Assembly (NCBI GenBank): GCA_041640635.1
Contig: JBEPZX010000001.1
Location: forward strand, 1-64,000
Reading direction: 5' to 3'
Origin: Aquificaceae bacterium
GTDB taxonomy: Bacteria > Aquificota > Aquificia > Aquificales > Aquificaceae
Length of the DNA stretch: 64,000 nucleotides
A model generated the notes under the pieces. The model was not told the origin of the DNA. It did no database searches and saw only the letters and a program-made list of their open reading frames with translations. This document shows, one piece after another, positions 20,978 through 30,658 of the stretch. A program made the translations under genes and the position numbers. How positions within the stretch are numbered: position 1 is the first letter of the stretch; the number at the start of each line of letters is the position of its first letter.

Positions 20978-21991
20978 TTATTTTACACCAACCAAAGATA
21001 ACATAAAGCTCTCTATAGCTTCTTTGCTTAACGGCTGGCTGTGGATTACCATATCTCTATCTTTGAGTTTAATGTATACCTCTCCCGGTTCTTTCTTGGA
21101 GTAGTAATTTATTATGCCCGCTATATCCTTTATCTCTTCCTCTGTAGGATCTCCCTTTATTATGGCAAAGGTTCCCTTTCCATCTACCCTTTTGGCATAA
21201 CCGTACTTTTCTCTGATGTTGTATAGAAACTTATACTCTCCTTCGTTTCTGGCTACTATGACCTTGGTTTTGGATGGCAGTCTAAAGTGTCTACCAACGG
21301 AGAATAAAACAAGGTCTTCTCTGGTTATAAAGCCATCCACTTGATAAGCTTCCTTGAACCTAAAGGCGTAGTTCTCATCCGTTAGGTAGCAACAGCCTCC
21401 TGCGGGTTGCTGATAGTCTATACCATACTTTTGAGCCAGTTGTATCTGTTTTTTTCTGCTTCTTCCTGATATATCCAGGAGCTTCTCTCTGTCTACCCAT
21501 CCCATCTTTTCTGGTATGGTGGGGGGTAGAAGTTTGGCAGAGAGGGGTCTGACAATTAAACCTTCCAGCTGTGCTTCTTTTTCGATGAGTTTGAGTCTTG
21601 GGAGTGTTTGGCTCATGGGTCTTTGACCCACAACCTCGCCCGTTGCTATGAAGTGGTATCCCTCACTTTCCATTATTTCCTTAGCTTTTTTTAGCATATA
21701 TATCCTACAGTCTATGCAGGGGTTAACATTCTTCCCATACCCAAACTTGGGATTTAGGACAATGTTAAAGTACTCCTGGCTAATGTCCACTATCTCTATG
21801 GGAAGTTCCACACTGGCAGCGGATTTTAGAGCTGGGTTTTCCTTTGGGATGCCTATCCTTCTCTTAAACTCGGTTGTGCAAAAACCCGTGTAAAAGTGCA
21901 GAGCCTTTACGTATATACCTTGTTCTCTCAACAGAAGGGCGGACAGGAGACTGTCCAACCCACCGGAAAATAAAAGGAGCGCCTTTATCAT
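20978..21991 (-). CDS. PP-loop tRNA thiolation enzyme (ThiI/MnmA-like, putative Fe-S)
   Basis: SGGLDS PP-loop, NPCIDCR, TGEVVGQRPMSQ, PAGGCC, GRHFR. Confidence 0.78.
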   Translation of the reverse strand: MIKALLLFSGGLDSLLSALLLREQGIYVKALHFYTGFCTTEFKRRIGIPKENPALKSAASVELPIEIVDISQEYFNIVLNPKFGYGKNVNPCIDCRIYMLKKAKEIMESEGYHFIATGEVVGQRPMSQTLPRLKLIEKEAQLEGLIVRPLSAKLLPPTIPEKMGWVDREKLLDISGRSRKKQIQLAQKYGIDYQQPAGGCCYLTDENYAFRFKEAYQVDGFITREDLVLFSVGRHFRLPSKTKVIVARNEGEYKFLYNIREKYGYAKRVDGKGTFAIIKGDPTEEEIKDIAGIINYYSKKEPGEVYIKLKDRDMVIHSQPLSKEAIESFMLSLVGVK

Positions 21992-22449
21992 AGGGATAGA
22001 AATTCAAACTCCTTGCTTTCTTCTTCTTCCTCCTCGTAGCAGTTGGGGATCTTTTCCGCTTCCTCGATCCTTCCGGTCTTTAGCAGATAGTCCTTTATAG
22101 CTACGTGGAGCGTTTCCAGTCCTAGGTTGGTGCAGTGGATCTTTTGGGGTGGCAGTCCGCCGAGTTCGTCAAATATGTCTTTGTATGTGAGGTTTAACGC
22201 GTAGCTTATGGGTTTTCCCTTTATCATTTCTGTGAGCTGAGAAGAAACAGCTATGGCAGAACCGCACCCAAAGGTTTTGAATCTCACATCCTCTATTACG
22301 TCGTTCTCGGGATTTATCTTAAGGGTAAAAAGCATAGCGTCTCCGCATGCTGGATTACCACATTGACCTATTGCGTTTGCATCTTCCAAAACGCCCACAT
22401 TTCGTGGGTTTAAAAAGTGGTCCAAAACTTTTTCACTGTATTCAAACAT
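21988..22449 (-). CDS. iscU: Fe-S cluster scaffold IscU (start ATG 22449 after GGAGGT)
   Basis: HFLNPRNVG, ACGD, FGCGSAIA, LPPQKIHC. Confidence 0.93.
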   Translation of the reverse strand: MFEYSEKVLDHFLNPRNVGVLEDANAIGQCGNPACGDAMLFTLKINPENDVIEDVRFKTFGCGSAIAVSSQLTEMIKGKPISYALNLTYKDIFDELGGLPPQKIHCTNLGLETLHVAIKDYLLKTGRIEEAEKIPNCYEEEEEESKEFEFLSL

Positions 22450-22570
22450 AGCCAAACCTCCTTTTAGCTTAGATAGTGTTAAAAATACTCTCTCATATAT
22501 AGTGGGTTATGATAGTAGTCAATTATTTGTGATTGTTTTGTAAAATACTCTCTTTTTTAGAAATAAATGC

Positions 22571-22598
22571 TTGACTTGCACCTTTTAATGCGTAAATT
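22571..22598 (+). promoter_or_regulatory. Sigma70-type promoter of ssrA
   Basis: TTGACT (22571) N16 TAAATT (22593), about 20 nt before the tmRNA 5' end. Confidence 0.5.
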
Positions 22599-22619
22599 TT
22601 ATAGATTGGTAAGTGCTAA

Positions 22620-22966
22620 GGGGGCGAGCGGTTTCGACGGGGACCAGCTCGCTTAGGGTAGCAGGTAGGGTGGCAACCTAGATAGCCAAATGGGAAACAC
22701 ATCCCGAAGCTGATCTCGCTCTCGCTGCTTAATTAAAAGCAGCGGCTCATCTGTGGATGTGCGGAAGGTCCGCAGGTTGGGTTTAGAGACTTCCGCTAGG
22801 GTTGCTAAAGTGTAAGGCGAGTAGCAACCCAAAACCTAAGCCTTGCCTGCCATAGGGAGTTTGCAGGTGGACGCCTTATGGCGAGTACCAAAACACCTGC
22901 TAAACCTGTAGAAGCCCTAAAGCGTGCTGTCTTCGGACGAGGGTTCGATTCCCTCCGCCTCCACCA
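22620..22966 (+). ncRNA. ssrA: tmRNA
   Basis: 5' GGGGGCG pairs with 3' CGCCTCC-A-CCA including G3:U; TTCGACGGGG; T-arm GGGTTCGATTCCC; tag frame ...PEADLALAA* ending TAA 22730-22732. Confidence 0.96.
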
Positions 22967-23052
22967 AAAAAGTCTCTAAAAATTATTAGAAAAAGTTCAT
23001 AATTATGTTATGTATTATTCATTATCATTTTAGTAATTACCAAAAATGCTTT

Positions 23053-23955
23053 TTAAGGCAACTTTACCTCTCTTAGGATATCGTTTACCACGGCGACAGG
23101 GTCCTCGTAGTCTCTGGTTATTATCCTATGAGACAAAACGTAAGGTGCCACATGCAAGACATCCTCAGGTATAACAAAGTCCCTACCTCTTACGTACGCC
23201 AAAGCCCTTGAGCAGTTCGCCAGATGTATGGCGCCTCTTGTGGAGCATCCCAAAACAATTTTGGGGTCGTTTCTTGTGGCTTTGACAATATCCACAATTA
23301 GCTTTCCAACCTCTTGGGATATGTAAGCCCTCTTTATCTGTTCAATTGCCGCTACTATCTCCTGGAGCTTCACCACAGGTTGCAGTTTTGAGAGTTTGCT
23401 GAGCGGGTTTTCTCCTCTGATAATTTGAAGCTCTATATCCTCGTCGGGGTAACCAAGGGATAGCTTCATGCTAAATCTGTCAAGCTGAGACTCAGGAAGA
23501 GGATAAGTTCCGTACTGCTCCAAAGGGTTTTGGGTAGCTATCACAAAGAAAGGGTAAGGAAGCTCGTAGGTGACACCGTCCACGCTTACATGCTTTTCCG
23601 CCATAGCCTCCAACAAAGCGCTTTGTGTTCTGGGTGTGGCTCTGTTTATCTCATCTGCCAGTATGATGTTGTTAAAGACGGGACCGTATTTGAAAACAAA
23701 GCTCTTCTTTGAGGGATCGTACACGTTCACGCCCGTTATGTCAGATGGTAAAAGGTCGCTAGTGAACTGAATGCGTGCAAAGGAAAGCCCCAAAGCTTTA
23801 GAAAGGGAAAGAGCGAGCGTAGTTTTACCTACACCCGGTATGTCCTCCAAAAGCAAGTGCCCATCCGATAAAAAGCACACCAAGGAAAGCTCAACTACGC
23901 TTTCCTTACCTTTTAGGACATCAGAAACGACATCTATAATTTCTTTTGGGTTCAT
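23053..23955 (-). CDS. MoxR-family AAA+ ATPase
   Basis: EDIPGVGKT, RIQFTSDLLPSD, DEINRA, TQNP, LPESQLDRF. Confidence 0.93.
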   Translation of the reverse strand: MNPKEIIDVVSDVLKGKESVVELSLVCFLSDGHLLLEDIPGVGKTTLALSLSKALGLSFARIQFTSDLLPSDITGVNVYDPSKKSFVFKYGPVFNNIILADEINRATPRTQSALLEAMAEKHVSVDGVTYELPYPFFVIATQNPLEQYGTYPLPESQLDRFSMKLSLGYPDEDIELQIIRGENPLSKLSKLQPVVKLQEIVAAIEQIKRAYISQEVGKLIVDIVKATRNDPKIVLGCSTRGAIHLANCSRALAYVRGRDFVIPEDVLHVAPYVLSHRIITRDYEDPVAVVNDILREVKLP

Positions 23956-23962
23956 AATTCAC

Positions 23963-25039
23963 TTAAGTGGTGGAACCCTCCTCATCTAGGTATAGATCCT
24001 CGAATATGTTGGGTGGAAGAGCTTCGTTCCATCTCTTAAAGCCTGGTAGAGCTTCTATCCTGTACCATGCGGACCTATACCATATGCCCTTGGGTTCCCT
24101 CTTTACGGGTGCCACCTCCGCCGCTTTTGTTTCGTTGTGGTAGTCCCATGTGATGTAGTGGTTAAAGTCCTGAACTATGTCGGTGATGGCGACACCAAAC
24201 TCTGTAGTCAAAGCCACCTGAAAGTCCTTCCACCTAAACACCGATGAGTCTCTCAAGGTTAATCCAAAGTATCCTACACCTCCCTCTTCTCTCAGAGAAG
24301 CTATACCCCTACCGATGAAAGCTCTAAAGGCTGGCAAGGTCTCAGGTGGGTCAGACACAAACACATCATACTTTCCGAGGATCTCCTTGGGGAAAGGATT
24401 CCTCAGGTCCCACACCCTTGCCTCTGCGTTATCTATTTTTAACTCTCTAAATATGGCATTGTCAAAATCAATTAAACGCTTGTCTATGTCTATTATCAGA
24501 ACGCTACGGGCTTTTCTACTCAAAGCGACTGCCAAACCAGTCAAGTCGTCTTCCGCACCTAGCACCAACACATCCTTATTTCTCAGGTCACCCCTTGAGT
24601 CTATAAAAAGAACCCTACTTACCGTAGTTTCCGGTGTAACGGATCCTTGATCGTAATCCCTTATGGCTTTTGGTCTGTCCTTTGTAATCTGTAAAAACTC
24701 TCTGTAAAACTCCAAGTCGGCATAAAAAGGTATGCCCCTACCTTCGCAAGCTTGGCATGTGTAATCGATGTACTTCTCTATACCAAGTTCCTTGACAACA
24801 TCCAAACCTTTCTGAGTGAGTCTGATATCTTCTCGATCATCTATAAAAGCTAAACCTTCGTCCACCAACACTCTGACGATGGCTGAAGCTGCTGGAACGG
24901 GCAAATCTGACATGTCCACTACTTCCCAAAAGTCACCGCTCCTTAGGATGGCAGAAAACACTCTCTCGATGTTTTTTTTGTATACCCTCACCTGTCCAAC
25001 TTCTCTAGCTTTGCCAGCAAGTTCCACCAGTAAGCTCAC
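23963..25039 (-). CDS. bpsA: Branched-chain polyamine synthase (N4-bis(aminopropyl)spermidine synthase, DUF43)
   Basis: CQACEG, RPKAIRDYDQG, EDDLTGLA, DIDKRL, DPPET; GGAGGTG SD before GTG. Confidence 0.85.
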   Translation of the reverse strand: MSLLVELAGKAREVGQVRVYKKNIERVFSAILRSGDFWEVVDMSDLPVPAASAIVRVLVDEGLAFIDDREDIRLTQKGLDVVKELGIEKYIDYTCQACEGRGIPFYADLEFYREFLQITKDRPKAIRDYDQGSVTPETTVSRVLFIDSRGDLRNKDVLVLGAEDDLTGLAVALSRKARSVLIIDIDKRLIDFDNAIFRELKIDNAEARVWDLRNPFPKEILGKYDVFVSDPPETLPAFRAFIGRGIASLREEGGVGYFGLTLRDSSVFRWKDFQVALTTEFGVAITDIVQDFNHYITWDYHNETKAAEVAPVKREPKGIWYRSAWYRIEALPGFKRWNEALPPNIFEDLYLDEEGSTT

Positions 25040-25089
25040 TTCATCACCTCCTTTTGAGAACTTTAAAATATTCTATTATAATGTATTGA

Positions 25090-25683
25090 ATGAAACTACA
25101 GATACTTTTAAAGGACAGTTCACAGATAGATGAGAAGCTTACCTTCTTGAAGGATTGGCAAGAGCTCTCTTACAAAATAAACTCCCAACCTTATGGGGAT
25201 TGCTACCTTTGGTTTTTGGAAGTGCCGGACGAGGACTTTGACAGAACCCTCGGTATTTTCCAAAGTAGAGAAGAAGCTCAAGGCGCTTTTTTGAGTGTAG
25301 CTATGGAAAAGGGCTGGGAAGAGATCCCCAACTCTTACGCCATATACCACGCTCAGTTTGAAGGTGACAAACTTATTGCGGCGGTAAAAACCGAGGAAGG
25401 TATAAGCAAATACGAACAAACCACCTTAGAAGAGATGGCAAAGAAACTGGCAAAGTATCCACGTATTGTGGCTCTCTCTTACGATGTGGTGACTTACATA
25501 AAGGACATATACCCAGATATAGACTTCAAGCTCTACCTTGTCTCCAAGGAGCTTTCCAAGATAGGAAAACCCTTTCCAGACACTCAAGGAAGAACCATAG
25601 AAGAAAACATAAACCTTATCGAGAATCTCCTTAGAGAAGAAGGTATGCCCCCCATAAGCAAGCCCGTAGAGGACTGCGAATAA
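25090..25683 (+). CDS. Hypothetical protein
   Basis: 197-aa ORF with TATAAT 7 nt upstream. Confidence 0.7.
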   Translation: MKLQILLKDSSQIDEKLTFLKDWQELSYKINSQPYGDCYLWFLEVPDEDFDRTLGIFQSREEAQGAFLSVAMEKGWEEIPNSYAIYHAQFEGDKLIAAVKTEEGISKYEQTTLEEMAKKLAKYPRIVALSYDVVTYIKDIYPDIDFKLYLVSKELSKIGKPFPDTQGRTIEENINLIENLLREEGMPPISKPVEDCE

Positions 25684-25688
25684 AGATC

Positions 25689-26429
25689 CTAGCTACAGTC
25701 GTTTGAGAGGTGTTTACCACTGTCTAGGTTTATAATCTCGCCCGTCATGCTTTCCACGTTCAACAAAAACTCAGTCAGGTTCAAAACGTCTTTCAGAGAT
25801 ACCTCTCTTTTGAGGGGTGTTCTCTTTATGTAGTCTATCCATTGCTCCTGTGTCATATCGTCAGCTTTGAGTGTAGGACCAAGAGCTATGGCATTTACCA
25901 AAAGGTGAGGTGCCAGTTCTTTAGCCAAAACCTTTACAGATGTGTGAAGGGCTCCCTTGGACACAAAGTAAGCGGAGTAATTTCTGTAAGGTGCTCTATT
26001 GGTAGCCCAGTCGCCAAAAGCCACCACTCTACCCTTTGGCTGTCCTTGGTTTTTCAGCATGATTTTACACAGGTGTTTACTTAGCATCAAAAAAGCTTCT
26101 GCGGTAGGCACAAAGTGAGCGTACAAATCTTTTCTTTCTAAGCTTTCCAAAGGTGTGGCATAGTAGGGACTGGCAACATGCACAAAGGCATCTAAACGAT
26201 CAAAATTTTCTTGAAACTCAGAGACCACGTACAGGTGATCTTCCGGTTTTGAAAGATCCGCCTTAATACACACCACCCTTTTGTCCACGCTCTGGGACAG
26301 CTCCAAAAGTTCCTTTGCTTTGTCTTCCGATCTGTTGTAAACTACCGCAAGGTCGTAACCTCTCTCGAGCAAGTGCTTTGCTATATGAAAACCTATCCTT
26401 CTTATTCCCGTAATTAAAGCTACTTTCAT
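25689..26429 (-). CDS. SDR oxidoreductase, pteridine reductase/FolM-like
   Basis: TGIRRIG (TGxxRxG), YFVSK, LAKELAP, TGEIINLDSG. Confidence 0.82.
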   Translation of the reverse strand: MKVALITGIRRIGFHIAKHLLERGYDLAVVYNRSEDKAKELLELSQSVDKRVVCIKADLSKPEDHLYVVSEFQENFDRLDAFVHVASPYYATPLESLERKDLYAHFVPTAEAFLMLSKHLCKIMLKNQGQPKGRVVAFGDWATNRAPYRNYSAYFVSKGALHTSVKVLAKELAPHLLVNAIALGPTLKADDMTQEQWIDYIKRTPLKREVSLKDVLNLTEFLLNVESMTGEIINLDSGKHLSNDCS

Positions 26430-26447
26430 AGCTTATATAATATTCTT

Positions 26448-27449
26448 ATGAAAGAGTTTTGGTATTGGGCGGAAAGCTTTGACAAAAACCTAATCACAGC
26501 ATCCATAGAAGCGGGAGCTAAGGCGATCCTTTTAGAAGATCCTTCCTACGTGGAGCAGGTAAAAGCTTTGGGAAAGATTCAAACCATCTCCAAAGAAAAG
26601 GCGGATCTCATACTTGGCAAAGACGTAGAGTATGTCCTAATACGGGACAAAGCGGACGAAGAGAGAGCAGCCAAGTTTCCACCTGAGGTAAAGGTGATCG
26701 TGGAAACAACCGACTGGACCATCATTCCCCTGGAGAACCTCATAGCACAGAGAGAGGAGCTTTATACAGTTGTAAAAAACGAAGAAGAAGCCAAAGTTGC
26801 CGTAAAGATTTTGGAAAAAGGTGTAAAGGGTGTAGTTTTAAAGAGCAAAGACATAAACACCATAAAAAAGGTAGGAAAGGCTATAGAAGAGTCTCAGGAA
26901 AAGTTGGAACTTGTAAAGGTTACCATAAAACGTATACTCCCCATAGGTTTGGGAGACAGGGTATGCGTAGATACCACCTCTTTACTTTCCAGGGGAGAGG
27001 GGATGCTTGTAGGTAACTCCTCTGGGGGTATGTTTTTGGTGCATGCGGAGACGGAAGAGAGCCCGTACGTGGCAGCCAGACCTTTCAGAGTGAACGCCGG
27101 CGCTGTTCATATGTACGTGAGAGTTCCCGATAACAAAACCAAATACCTTTGCGAGCTAAAGGCAGGCAGTCCCGTGATGGTTTACAACTACAAAGGTGAG
27201 GGAAGGATCGTTTACGTGGGAAGAGCGAAGGTAGAAAGGAGACCTATGCTTTTGGTGGAAGGCGTGGCAGAAAATGGCAAAAAGGTAAGCGCAGTCCTTC
27301 AAAACGCCGAGACCATAAGACTGACCAAACCAGATGGAACTCCTCTGTCTGTAGCAGAACTCAAAGAAGGTGACCAAGTCCTTGGGTATGTGGAACAGGA
27401 AGGAAGACACTTTGGAATGAAGGTAGAAGAAACCATAATAGAGAAATGA
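26448..27449 (+). CDS. 3-dehydroquinate synthase II (archaeal-type AroB')
   Basis: DWTIIPLENLIA, GDRVCVD, RPFRVNAGAVH, QNAETI, GRHFG. Confidence 0.92.
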   Translation: MKEFWYWAESFDKNLITASIEAGAKAILLEDPSYVEQVKALGKIQTISKEKADLILGKDVEYVLIRDKADEERAAKFPPEVKVIVETTDWTIIPLENLIAQREELYTVVKNEEEAKVAVKILEKGVKGVVLKSKDINTIKKVGKAIEESQEKLELVKVTIKRILPIGLGDRVCVDTTSLLSRGEGMLVGNSSGGMFLVHAETEESPYVAARPFRVNAGAVHMYVRVPDNKTKYLCELKAGSPVMVYNYKGEGRIVYVGRAKVERRPMLLVEGVAENGKKVSAVLQNAETIRLTKPDGTPLSVAELKEGDQVLGYVEQEGRHFGMKVEETIIEK

Positions 27450-28819
27450 CCCCAGAAGGTATCACCTTTAACTCAAAAGAGGTAAAACCCAACTACATTT
27501 TTGTGGCTATCAAAGGAACTCAGTTTGACGGACACGACTTTGTAGAGGAAGCCCTGCAGCGCGGAGCTTTAAAGGTATACGTAGAAAGGGATGTAGGTAT
27601 ACAGGATGAAAGGATCGTTAAGGTAGAAAACACGAGAAAAATCCTTGGTGAGCTTGCAAGCAAGTTTTTTTCAGATCCCTCTAAGCAACTAAAGGTTATA
27701 GGGATAACGGGAACAAACGGAAAGACCACAACCACTCACATAATAGAAGTCATACTAAACACCGCAGGCATAGACACCGCACTGATGGGAACCGTATATT
27801 ACAGATTCAAGCAAAAAATTTATCAGTTGGAAAGTAGAACTACCCCAGACCCAATAACGTGGCACAGTACGCTAAGGGAAATGTTACAAGACGGAGCGAA
27901 AGCGGTAGTTGCCGAAGTTTCATCCCACGCTCTTGATCAGTACAGGGTGTGGGGAACTGAGTTCCACACGGTAGGCTTTACCAACCTAACCCAAGACCAC
28001 CTGGACTACCACAAGACTATGGAAGAGTACTTCCAAGCCAAGCTAAAGCTCTTTACCGAGTATCCTTACCAGTATGCCGTTATAAATGCGGATGACGATT
28101 ACGGTAAAAGGATAGCTCAAGCACTTGGCAAAAGAGCTATAACTTACGGAAAGCAAGGGGATTTTAAAATTGTGGATTTTAGAACAGGTTTTGACGGTTC
28201 TTACCTTAAGGTTAGCTTTGAAGGCAAATATTACGAGTTTTATTCCAACTTGATTGGTGAGTTTCAGGCTTACAATCTGTCTTTGGGAATTTTTGTAGGT
28301 TTTCTGATGGGTGTTTCTCAAGCAAGCATCCAAGAAGCTTTGCAAAACATCTACGTGCCAGGTAGGTTTCAAGTGGTCAAAGGCAAAGGCTTTTTGGTAG
28401 TAGTAGATTACGCGCACACTCCCGATGCATTGGAAAAGGTTCTTCTGACAGCAAAGAAGCTAAAAAGAAACAAACTAATCTGCGTATTTGGAGCAGGTGG
28501 AAACAGGGACAGAACCAAGAGACCCCTTATGGGAAAGGTAGCCCAAGCGCACGCTGACTTAGTTATACTAACATCGGACAACCCAAGGTTTGAAGAACCC
28601 ATGGACATAATAAAGGACATACTGGAAGGAATGGAAAAAAACGACAGTGTCCTTATAGAAGAGGACAGGAAAAAAGCCATAGAGCTTGCTCTGTCTTTGG
28701 CAAAAGAGGGGGACATTGTTTTGATAGCTGGTAAAGGACACGAAGACTACCAAGAAATAAGAGGTGTAAAGTATCCTTTCCAAGATATACAAGTAGTAAA
28801 GGAGTTTTTGCATGTGTGA
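27446..28819 (+). CDS. murE: UDP-MurNAc-tripeptide ligase (mDAP-adding)
   Basis: GTNGKTT, EVSSH, DHLDYH, DYAHTPD, DNPR, GKGHE. Confidence 0.95.
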   Translation: MTPEGITFNSKEVKPNYIFVAIKGTQFDGHDFVEEALQRGALKVYVERDVGIQDERIVKVENTRKILGELASKFFSDPSKQLKVIGITGTNGKTTTTHIIEVILNTAGIDTALMGTVYYRFKQKIYQLESRTTPDPITWHSTLREMLQDGAKAVVAEVSSHALDQYRVWGTEFHTVGFTNLTQDHLDYHKTMEEYFQAKLKLFTEYPYQYAVINADDDYGKRIAQALGKRAITYGKQGDFKIVDFRTGFDGSYLKVSFEGKYYEFYSNLIGEFQAYNLSLGIFVGFLMGVSQASIQEALQNIYVPGRFQVVKGKGFLVVVDYAHTPDALEKVLLTAKKLKRNKLICVFGAGGNRDRTKRPLMGKVAQAHADLVILTSDNPRFEEPMDIIKDILEGMEKNDSVLIEEDRKKAIELALSLAKEGDIVLIAGKGHEDYQEIRGVKYPFQDIQVVKEFLHV

Positions 28820-29069
28820 CTTTGACACGCTTTTTTATAACCTAAAAACCGAGCTCCTAAACATCTTTAAAGAATCCGACGTTCCCACACCTAAGGTAAA
28901 GATATCCAACTTGCAGAGTGCCAAGATATGCGGACTTGCCAACTTAGCTAAACTGATACTGTATCTGGAAAGGGATGGCTACGTAACCATAAGCAATAGA
29001 GAAGAAAACTTCAAAGAGTGGGAAGTTGGTATAGAGTCGAGCATACTGGACTTCTACTTTGGGCATTAA
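28812..29069 (+). CDS. Hypothetical protein
   Basis: Overlaps the murE stop; AAGGAG upstream. Confidence 0.65.
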   Translation: MCDFDTLFYNLKTELLNIFKESDVPTPKVKISNLQSAKICGLANLAKLILYLERDGYVTISNREENFKEWEVGIESSILDFYFGH

Positions 29070-29122
29070 GACGCTAAACTAAAATTGAGTTTTTTAGTCT
29101 TTATCTAATATAATAAAACTTT

Positions 29123-29542
29123 ATGAGAGAATTTACACATCCCCATAGTGATGATGCTTTCGAAGTCCTCTCAAGTTCAATTGTTGTAGCTGTTGTTGGC
29201 ATATCTGATAATCCAGAACGTCCTTCTTACTATGTAACAGAGCGTCTAATAAGTAAAGGTAAGCACAAGGTTTATTTGATCAATCCTAAATACGCTGGTC
29301 AGGAAATTTTGGGGCTAAAGGTTCTAACATCTTTGAAGGATGTTCCAGAGAAGATAGATATAGTCAATGTCTTTAGAAACCCTCAGCACATAGAACCAAT
29401 TATTCAAGAAGCTATAGAGCTAGGTGCCAAATGCGTTTGGCTTCAACCCGGTTGTGAAAACATGGAAGTCATCAAAAAGTACAGAGACAAAATTAATATG
29501 GTTTGGAATGCGTGCATAGGCGTAGAAGCGGGATACCTATAA
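29123..29542 (+). CDS. CoA-binding protein (YccU-like)
   Basis: VAVVGISDNPERPS, INP, IDIVNVFR, WLQPG. Confidence 0.9.
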   Translation: MREFTHPHSDDAFEVLSSSIVVAVVGISDNPERPSYYVTERLISKGKHKVYLINPKYAGQEILGLKVLTSLKDVPEKIDIVNVFRNPQHIEPIIQEAIELGAKCVWLQPGCENMEVIKKYRDKINMVWNACIGVEAGYL

Positions 29543-30643
29543 CTACACATTAAATCTAAAGTAGATGATGTCTCCATCTTTCACTTCGTAATCTTTGCCT
29601 TCGAGTCTTACCAATCCAAGCTCCTTTGCTTTAGAGATGCTACCAACTTTTATGTAATCTTCGTAATTTATTACTTCTGCGGCTATAAAACCCCTTTCTA
29701 TATCCGAGTGTATTTTGCCAGCAGCTTGTGGAGCCTTTGTTCCCTTTTTGATGGTCCAAGCTCTTGTTTCTTTTTCACCAGCTGTAAAGAAGGTTATCAA
29801 GCCAAGCAATTTGTATCCTTCCCTTATGAGTTTGTTAAGACCAGGTTCATCCAATCCGTAAGATTTCAGAATTTCTATCTTTTCCTCTTTATCAAGTCCT
29901 ACCATTTCCGCTTCCAGCTTGGCACACATAACCACCACAGGAGCTCCTTCCTTGGATGCATACTCTTTTACACTTTGAACCCACTCATTTCCCAAGGGTA
30001 GATCTTTTTCCGATACGTTAGCTACGTACATGGTAGGCTTAATAGTAAGCAAAAATAAAACCTTTTTTGCATAATCGATGGTTTCTTCATCTAGTTGATA
30101 GAGGTGTTTTCTGATAGGTTCCATGGAATCGAGAATATTTTTTAGTTTTGTTAAGCGTTCAAGCTCCTCTTTTGCCTTTTTTTCTCCAATTCTTGCCATC
30201 TTTTCTACTTTTTCCAACCTCTTATTTATGGTCTCCAAGTCCTTTGCTATTAGTTCTAGATCTATTATTTGAGCATCTCTTACTGGGTCAACGTTACCTT
30301 CTACATGGACTACGTCTGAGTCCTCGAAGCACCTTAAAACTTGAACGATAGCATCTACATTTCTAATATTGGCTAAAAATTGGTTTCCCAGTCCTTCACC
30401 TTTGCTTGCATTTCTAACAAGCCCGGCTATATCCACAAACTCTATGAAAGTAGGTGTAATTTTTTTAGATTTTTCTAACTGAGCTATTTTGTAAAGTCTT
30501 TCATCTGGAACTTCTACCGTACCAACGTTTGGCTCTATTGTACAAAAAGGATAATTTGCAGCTGCAGCTTTTGCAGACTCTGTTAATGCGTTAAATAAGG
30601 TTGATTTTCCAACGTTTGGAAGACCTACTATTCCACACTGCAT
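29543..30643 (-). CDS. ychF: Redox-regulated ATPase YchF
   Basis: GLPNVGKST, NYPFCTIEPN, DIAGL, C-terminal TGS domain ending FRFNV. Confidence 0.96.
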   Translation of the reverse strand: MQCGIVGLPNVGKSTLFNALTESAKAAAANYPFCTIEPNVGTVEVPDERLYKIAQLEKSKKITPTFIEFVDIAGLVRNASKGEGLGNQFLANIRNVDAIVQVLRCFEDSDVVHVEGNVDPVRDAQIIDLELIAKDLETINKRLEKVEKMARIGEKKAKEELERLTKLKNILDSMEPIRKHLYQLDEETIDYAKKVLFLLTIKPTMYVANVSEKDLPLGNEWVQSVKEYASKEGAPVVVMCAKLEAEMVGLDKEEKIEILKSYGLDEPGLNKLIREGYKLLGLITFFTAGEKETRAWTIKKGTKAPQAAGKIHSDIERGFIAAEVINYEDYIKVGSISKAKELGLVRLEGKDYEVKDGDIIYFRFNV

Positions 30644-30658
30644 AAACTATAGATTATA

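Noticed and set aside
22967..23052. Possible island integrated at the tmRNA 3' end
   Set aside because: Only an 86-bp AT-rich spacer; no integrase or duplicated tmRNA end seen
26448..27449. Archaeal-type genes (aroB', also trpB2, bpsA) and ccl as novelty
   Set aside because: Established features of Aquificae and other thermophiles
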